Source: Naegleria gruberi (lineage: Eukaryota). Taken from it: a stretch of 1,631 nucleotides of DNA. How positions within the stretch are numbered: position 1 is the stretch's first letter; each line of letters opens with the position of its first letter. Of the stretch, positions 1-1,631 are shown piece after piece. Both the position numbers and the translations under genes were made by a program. Below the pieces are notes generated by a model that ran no database searches, was not told where the DNA came from, and was given only the letters and a program-made list of their open reading frames with translations. Location: assembly GCA_000004985.1 (NCBI GenBank), contig GG739365.1, one strand, 5' to 3'.

Positions 1-1
1 T

Positions 2-481
2 TGGCTGGGAATTCATGATTCACATTGTACTATTAGAAGAATTGAATGGGAAATTAAAGAAATTGTTGATAAGAAGAAGGAGAATTTGCCAGATCCTGCA
101 CCGAGGGAGCAGATTGAGAAAGAACTTGAAAAGTTTAAGGCAATTCCATTAGACAATTTTATTCCAAACAGAGTGCTTGAGGTGGATTATCCTTTCCAGT
201 ATGTGAATTCTCTCACTCTTTCTCCTCTTTCACAAGCCAATTCATCCCAAATTAGAAGCATTGAGATAGCTCAACAATCTACTCAACCACAACAACAATT
301 TCAACCACTGAATTCTTACAATAGTACAATGCCAACCTATCCTCCAAATGATAGCATTTGGCAACAAGAAGATCCATCCAATCATGACAAATCTCAAACT
401 ACCAAAACACCACAACATGCACCAATTAACTGGATGGGAGAAGATACTCTCGACATGGAATCATTTCTCAACAGAATATAA
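2..481 (+). CDS. 5'-truncated CDS (last ~159 codons) of a hypothetical protein. A moderately complex N-terminal part (WLGIHDSHCTIRRIEWEIKEIVDKKKENLPDPAPREQIEKELEKFKAIPLDNFIPNRVLEVDYPFQYVN) is followed by a Q/P/S/T-rich low-complexity tail. Product not recognised.
   Basis: Frame 2 is open from the first full codon (nt 2) to TAA at 479-481. The ORF track's start at 86 is TTG (Leu), an artefact of a bacterial start-codon rule. The first in-frame ATG is at 329, which would leave only ~50 aa, so the gene most likely begins upstream of the window. Codon usage (AT3-rich, TGG Trp) matches gene 2. Confidence 0.55.
   Translation, partial: WLGIHDSHCTIRRIEWEIKEIVDKKKENLPDPAPREQIEKELEKFKAIPLDNFIPNRVLEVDYPFQYVNSLTLSPLSQANSSQIRSIEIAQQSTQPQQQFQPLNSYNSTMPTYPPNDSIWQQEDPSNHDKSQTTKTPQHAPINWMGEDTLDMESFLNRI
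209..430 (+). other. Low-complexity, probably intrinsically disordered Q/P/S/T/N-rich C-terminal tail of gene 1 (SLTLSPLSQANSSQIRSIEIAQQSTQPQQQFQPLNSYNSTMPTYPPNDSIWQQEDPSNHDKSQTTKTPQHAP).
   Basis: Compositional bias is visible directly in the translation. Every Gln is CAA or CAG, with no TAA/TAG. A short Q-cluster (QQSTQPQQQFQ) is encoded by a CAA run at ~275-307. Confidence 0.5.
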
Positions 482-595
482 AATTGTAATTCTCTAAAAT
501 CATCTCATGTTCGTTTATTATTCGTGTAAAGTTCCATTTTTCCCTAATTTTATCTATTTTGTAATAAACATTGAAAAAGTATTATCTTGAAAAAA
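482..595. promoter_or_regulatory. 114-bp AT-rich intergenic spacer that must hold the gene-1 3' end signals and the gene-2 promoter/5' UTR. AATAAA is at 563-568. The gene-1 stop sits in a TAAA context (479-482). TAATT is at 487-491. An A-run lies immediately 5' of the gene-2 ATG (gaaaaaaATG).
   Basis: Motifs were read directly from the sequence. There is no Shine-Dalgarno-like purine tract 5-10 nt upstream of ATG 596, and no convincing -35/-10 pair. Assigning a function to individual motifs is inference, since all of them are short and expected by chance in AT-rich DNA. Confidence 0.3.
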
Positions 596-1612
596 ATGAA
601 AAGACAACCAACGGAAGAAGTTTCTTCCAACAATAAGAAAATTAAACAAACTAATGATGAAGAATCAACACTATCGGAACAAGAAACAAACAAAAAACTT
701 GGATTAATTAAAACTTTTCTCGATGATTTTATAGAATATAAAACGAATTATGATGATGAAGATATTGCCGAGGAGGATTTTGAAGAGGAAGCACAGAAGG
801 ATGCAAATGTTGAACGTCTCCGAAAATTTAGAGATAAATCCTATAAGAAGAATTGTGGAATTGATTGGAAAAAGGATCGTTCAATGATTATTGAGCAGAC
901 TGCAAAATTGTCAACTGCATCTGATATGATGGTAGTTGCCAAAGAATTTAAATTGTGGAATGAAAAGGAGTTTGTTATAAAGCTTATTGAAAAGAGTGAA
1001 TATGACTTGTCCTATGAAATACCAAAGAAATTGAAAAAGGATAGAGATGTTAATCTTGCATCTGCAAAGAAACATGGAATTATAAGTGATGGATTAGAGA
1101 AGGATAGGGAAATTGTGATGGCTGCTGCTAGTAGTGGTAATCTATCATGGCTTCCAAAGGAATTTTCAAATGATAGGGAGATTGTAATGGCAGCTGTTGC
1201 CAATAATGGAAGAATTTTGAGAGGTGTGGGTGATGAATTGAAAAATGATAGAGAAATTGTTAGAAAAGCCATTGAAAATGATGGATGTGCAATTGCAGAC
1301 GCCCCAGAAGAATTTCAGAAAGATAGAGAACTTGCTGAAATGGCAGTTAAACAAAATGGACGTGCCTTTATTTGTTTGAAAGAATTTGAAAACGATAGGG
1401 AGCTGCTAAAGATTGCTATTAAAGGAGATACCACCATTATTGACAAATTACCCTTTGCTATCAAGAATGATCGAGAAATTATCATGTTGGCTGTTGAGAA
1501 AGATGGATTAGCCATCAAATATGCTTCAGCTGATTTGAGAAATCAAAAGGATATTGTCATGAAAGCTATTGAAAAAAATCCTGATGTACTTTGTTATACT
1601 CCTTTGAAATGA
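596..1612 (+). CDS. Hypothetical DUF4116-type helical-repeat protein, 338 aa as called. A charged N-terminal region (aa 1-~90) is followed by ~10 degenerate tandem repeats of 21-29 aa (mostly 23-25 aa).
   Basis: The ORF track's 587 start is TTG. The first ATG in that frame is 596, preceded by an in-frame TGA at 572-574. The frame stays open to TGA at 1610-1612. Strong internal periodicity shows as repeated K/N-D-R-E-I/L-V/I-M-A-A-V...N/D-G...E-L/F units (EKDREIVMAAASSGNLSWLPKEF, SNDREIVMAAVANNGRILRGVGDEL, KNDREIVRKAIENDGCAIADAPEEF, QKDRELAEMAVKQNGRAFICLKEF, ENDRELLKIAIKGDTTIIDKLPFAI, KNDREIIMLAVEKDGLAIKYASADL, RNQKDIVMKAIEKNPDVLCYTPLK). This matches my memory of the DUF4116 (PF13475) repeat. 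The 3' end may be artefactual (see findings). Confidence 0.85.
   Translation: MKRQPTEEVSSNNKKIKQTNDEESTLSEQETNKKLGLIKTFLDDFIEYKTNYDDEDIAEEDFEEEAQKDANVERLRKFRDKSYKKNCGIDWKKDRSMIIEQTAKLSTASDMMVVAKEFKLWNEKEFVIKLIEKSEYDLSYEIPKKLKKDRDVNLASAKKHGIISDGLEKDREIVMAAASSGNLSWLPKEFSNDREIVMAAVANNGRILRGVGDELKNDREIVRKAIENDGCAIADAPEEFQKDRELAEMAVKQNGRAFICLKEFENDRELLKIAIKGDTTIIDKLPFAIKNDREIIMLAVEKDGLAIKYASADLRNQKDIVMKAIEKNPDVLCYTPLK
869..1609 (+). repeat. Degenerate in-frame tandem coding repeat array, ~10 units with periods of 87, 78, 63, 69, 75, 75, 72, 75, 75 and 69 bp. The core 'gat ag(a/g) ga(a/g) (a/c)tt gt' recurs at 1040, 1103, 1172, 1247, 1322, 1394 and 1469.
   Basis: Unit boundaries were measured from the recurring GAT (Asp of the N-D-R-E motif) at 875, 962, 1040, 1103, 1172, 1247, 1322, 1394, 1469 and (Gln-substituted) 1544. 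Adjacent units at 1100-1168 and 1169-1243 are ~80% identical at the nucleotide level over the first 30 nt. Confidence 0.8.
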
Positions 1613-1631
1613 GAAATGATCCAGAAATTAA
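1606..1631 (+). other. Out-of-frame (-1/+2 relative to gene 2) continuation of the DUF4116 repeat past the TGA stop: gaa atg aga aat gat cca gaa att = E M R N D P E I, running off the 3' edge.
   Basis: Frame 1 is open from 1585 to the window end. R-N-D-P-E-I matches the unit-initial consensus (K/R)-N-D-R-E-I at 5 of 6 positions. Its spacing from the preceding Tyr (Y+6=R, +7=N, +8=D) is identical to the preceding unit (YASADLRNQKDI). One extra A in the run at 1607-1609 would give ...YTPLKMRNDPEI... in frame. Confidence 0.4.

Noticed and set aside
77-88. AAGGAG (77-82) just upstream of the TTG at 86, resembling a Shine-Dalgarno sequence plus alternative start
   Set aside because: Spacing is only 3 nt. 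The motif is simply K-E codons (aag gag) inside a frame open from the window edge. TTG reads as Leu within a longer protein. Gene 2 has no comparable motif, so this is not evidence of bacterial translation initiation.
15-152. Small frame-0 ORF from ATG 15 to TAG 150-152 (46 codons)
   Set aside because: It overlaps the longer and better-supported frame-2 coding region. It is short and has no distinguishing features.
479-574. Ciliate-type reading of TAA as Gln, extending gene 1 through 479-481 to the TGA at 572-574
   Set aside because: None of the ~16 Gln codons in gene 1 and none in gene 2 is TAA/TAG, which would be very unusual for a TAA=Gln genome. The extension would encode a low-quality peptide (NCNSLKSSHVRLLFV...) and run into gene 2's promoter region.
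476-590. Near matches to the Mimivirus early-promoter octamer AAAATTGA (aaaattgt at ~478-485; acattgaaaaa at ~568-578) and to a Trichomonas Inr (TCATC at 500-504)
   Set aside because: No exact match was found. Such partial matches are expected by chance in AT-rich DNA, and the positions do not fit the canonical distances to the ATG at 596.
1012-1518. Three overlapping minus-strand ORFs (1012-1272, 1166-1354, 1315-1518) encoding F/S/L/I-rich low-complexity peptides
   Set aside because: All lie wholly antisense to the well-supported repeat region of gene 2. Their translations are compositionally degenerate, with runs of F, S, L and I, as expected from reverse-complementing GAA/AAA/GAT/ATT-rich codons. 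Antisense frames stay open mainly because the sense strand lacks in-phase TTA/CTA/TCA. They have no independent start context or conservation signal.
1604-1615. Euplotes-style programmed +1 frameshift at an AAA-stop motif (ttg AAA TGA g)
   Set aside because: Known Euplotes +1 sites use AAA-TAA/TAG, not TGA. A +1 shift here hits tga two codons later (gag aaa tga). The frame that restores the repeat is -1/+2, not +1. A simple indel is the simpler explanation.
1607-1631. TGA at 1610 read as a sense codon (Trp in code 4, or Cys as in Euplotes), allowing in-frame read-through (K-x-E-M-I-Q-K-L)
   Set aside because: Every Trp in both genes is TGG, and no other in-frame TGA occurs in 490+ codons. 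A TGA-reassigned AT-rich genome would use TGA frequently. The in-frame continuation (EMIQKL) does not match the repeat, whereas the shifted frame does.
1-1631. Search for CRISPR arrays, IS or transposon ends, tRNA/rRNA genes and defence-system gene pairs
   Set aside because: There are no direct repeats with unique spacers and no terminal inverted repeats. No RNA-gene-like conserved structure is visible. Both ORFs are explained as ordinary, eukaryote-like protein genes.

Overview
This is an AT-rich window (roughly one-third G+C by eye) with two same-strand, same-frame, apparently intronless protein-coding genes separated by a 114-bp AT-rich spacer. Gene 1 (nt 2-481) is the 3' end of a longer gene that runs off the 5' edge. 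The ORF track's Met at 86 is really a TTG Leu codon inside an open frame. Gene 1 ends in a Q/P/S/T-rich low-complexity tail, and I cannot name its product. Gene 2 starts at the true ATG at 596 (not the TTG at 587) and runs to the TGA at 1610-1612. It encodes a 338-aa protein with a charged N-terminal region followed by about 10 degenerate tandem units of 23-25 residues with the consensus (K/N)-D-R-E-I-V-M-A-A-V-x-x-N/D-G-x-A/I-L-x-x-x-x-x-E-L/F. I recognise this as the DUF4116-type helical repeat (Pfam PF13475 as I recall it). Its function is unknown, and as far as I recall it occurs in diverse protists, some giant viruses and a few bacteria. The most notable observation concerns the annotated TGA stop. 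Immediately past it, the -1/+2 frame carries the next copy of the repeat motif (E-M-R-N-D-P-E-I, matching ...L-K/R-N-D-R-E-I...) and runs off the window. A single-base indel in the A-run at 1607-1609 would restore it. The gene is therefore probably longer than called, through a sequencing error, a real frameshift (pseudogene), or less likely recoding. Several features point to a eukaryotic (protist-like) or large-DNA-virus source rather than a prokaryotic one. Neither gene has a Shine-Dalgarno sequence. All Trp codons are TGG. An AATAAA sits 82 nt after the gene-1 stop. The gene-1 tail is Q-rich and encoded entirely by CAA/CAG. I see no CRISPR, mobile element, RNA gene or defence-system hallmark, so the novel-system framing does not obviously apply here. 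The three antisense ORFs in the track overlap the repeat array and look spurious.
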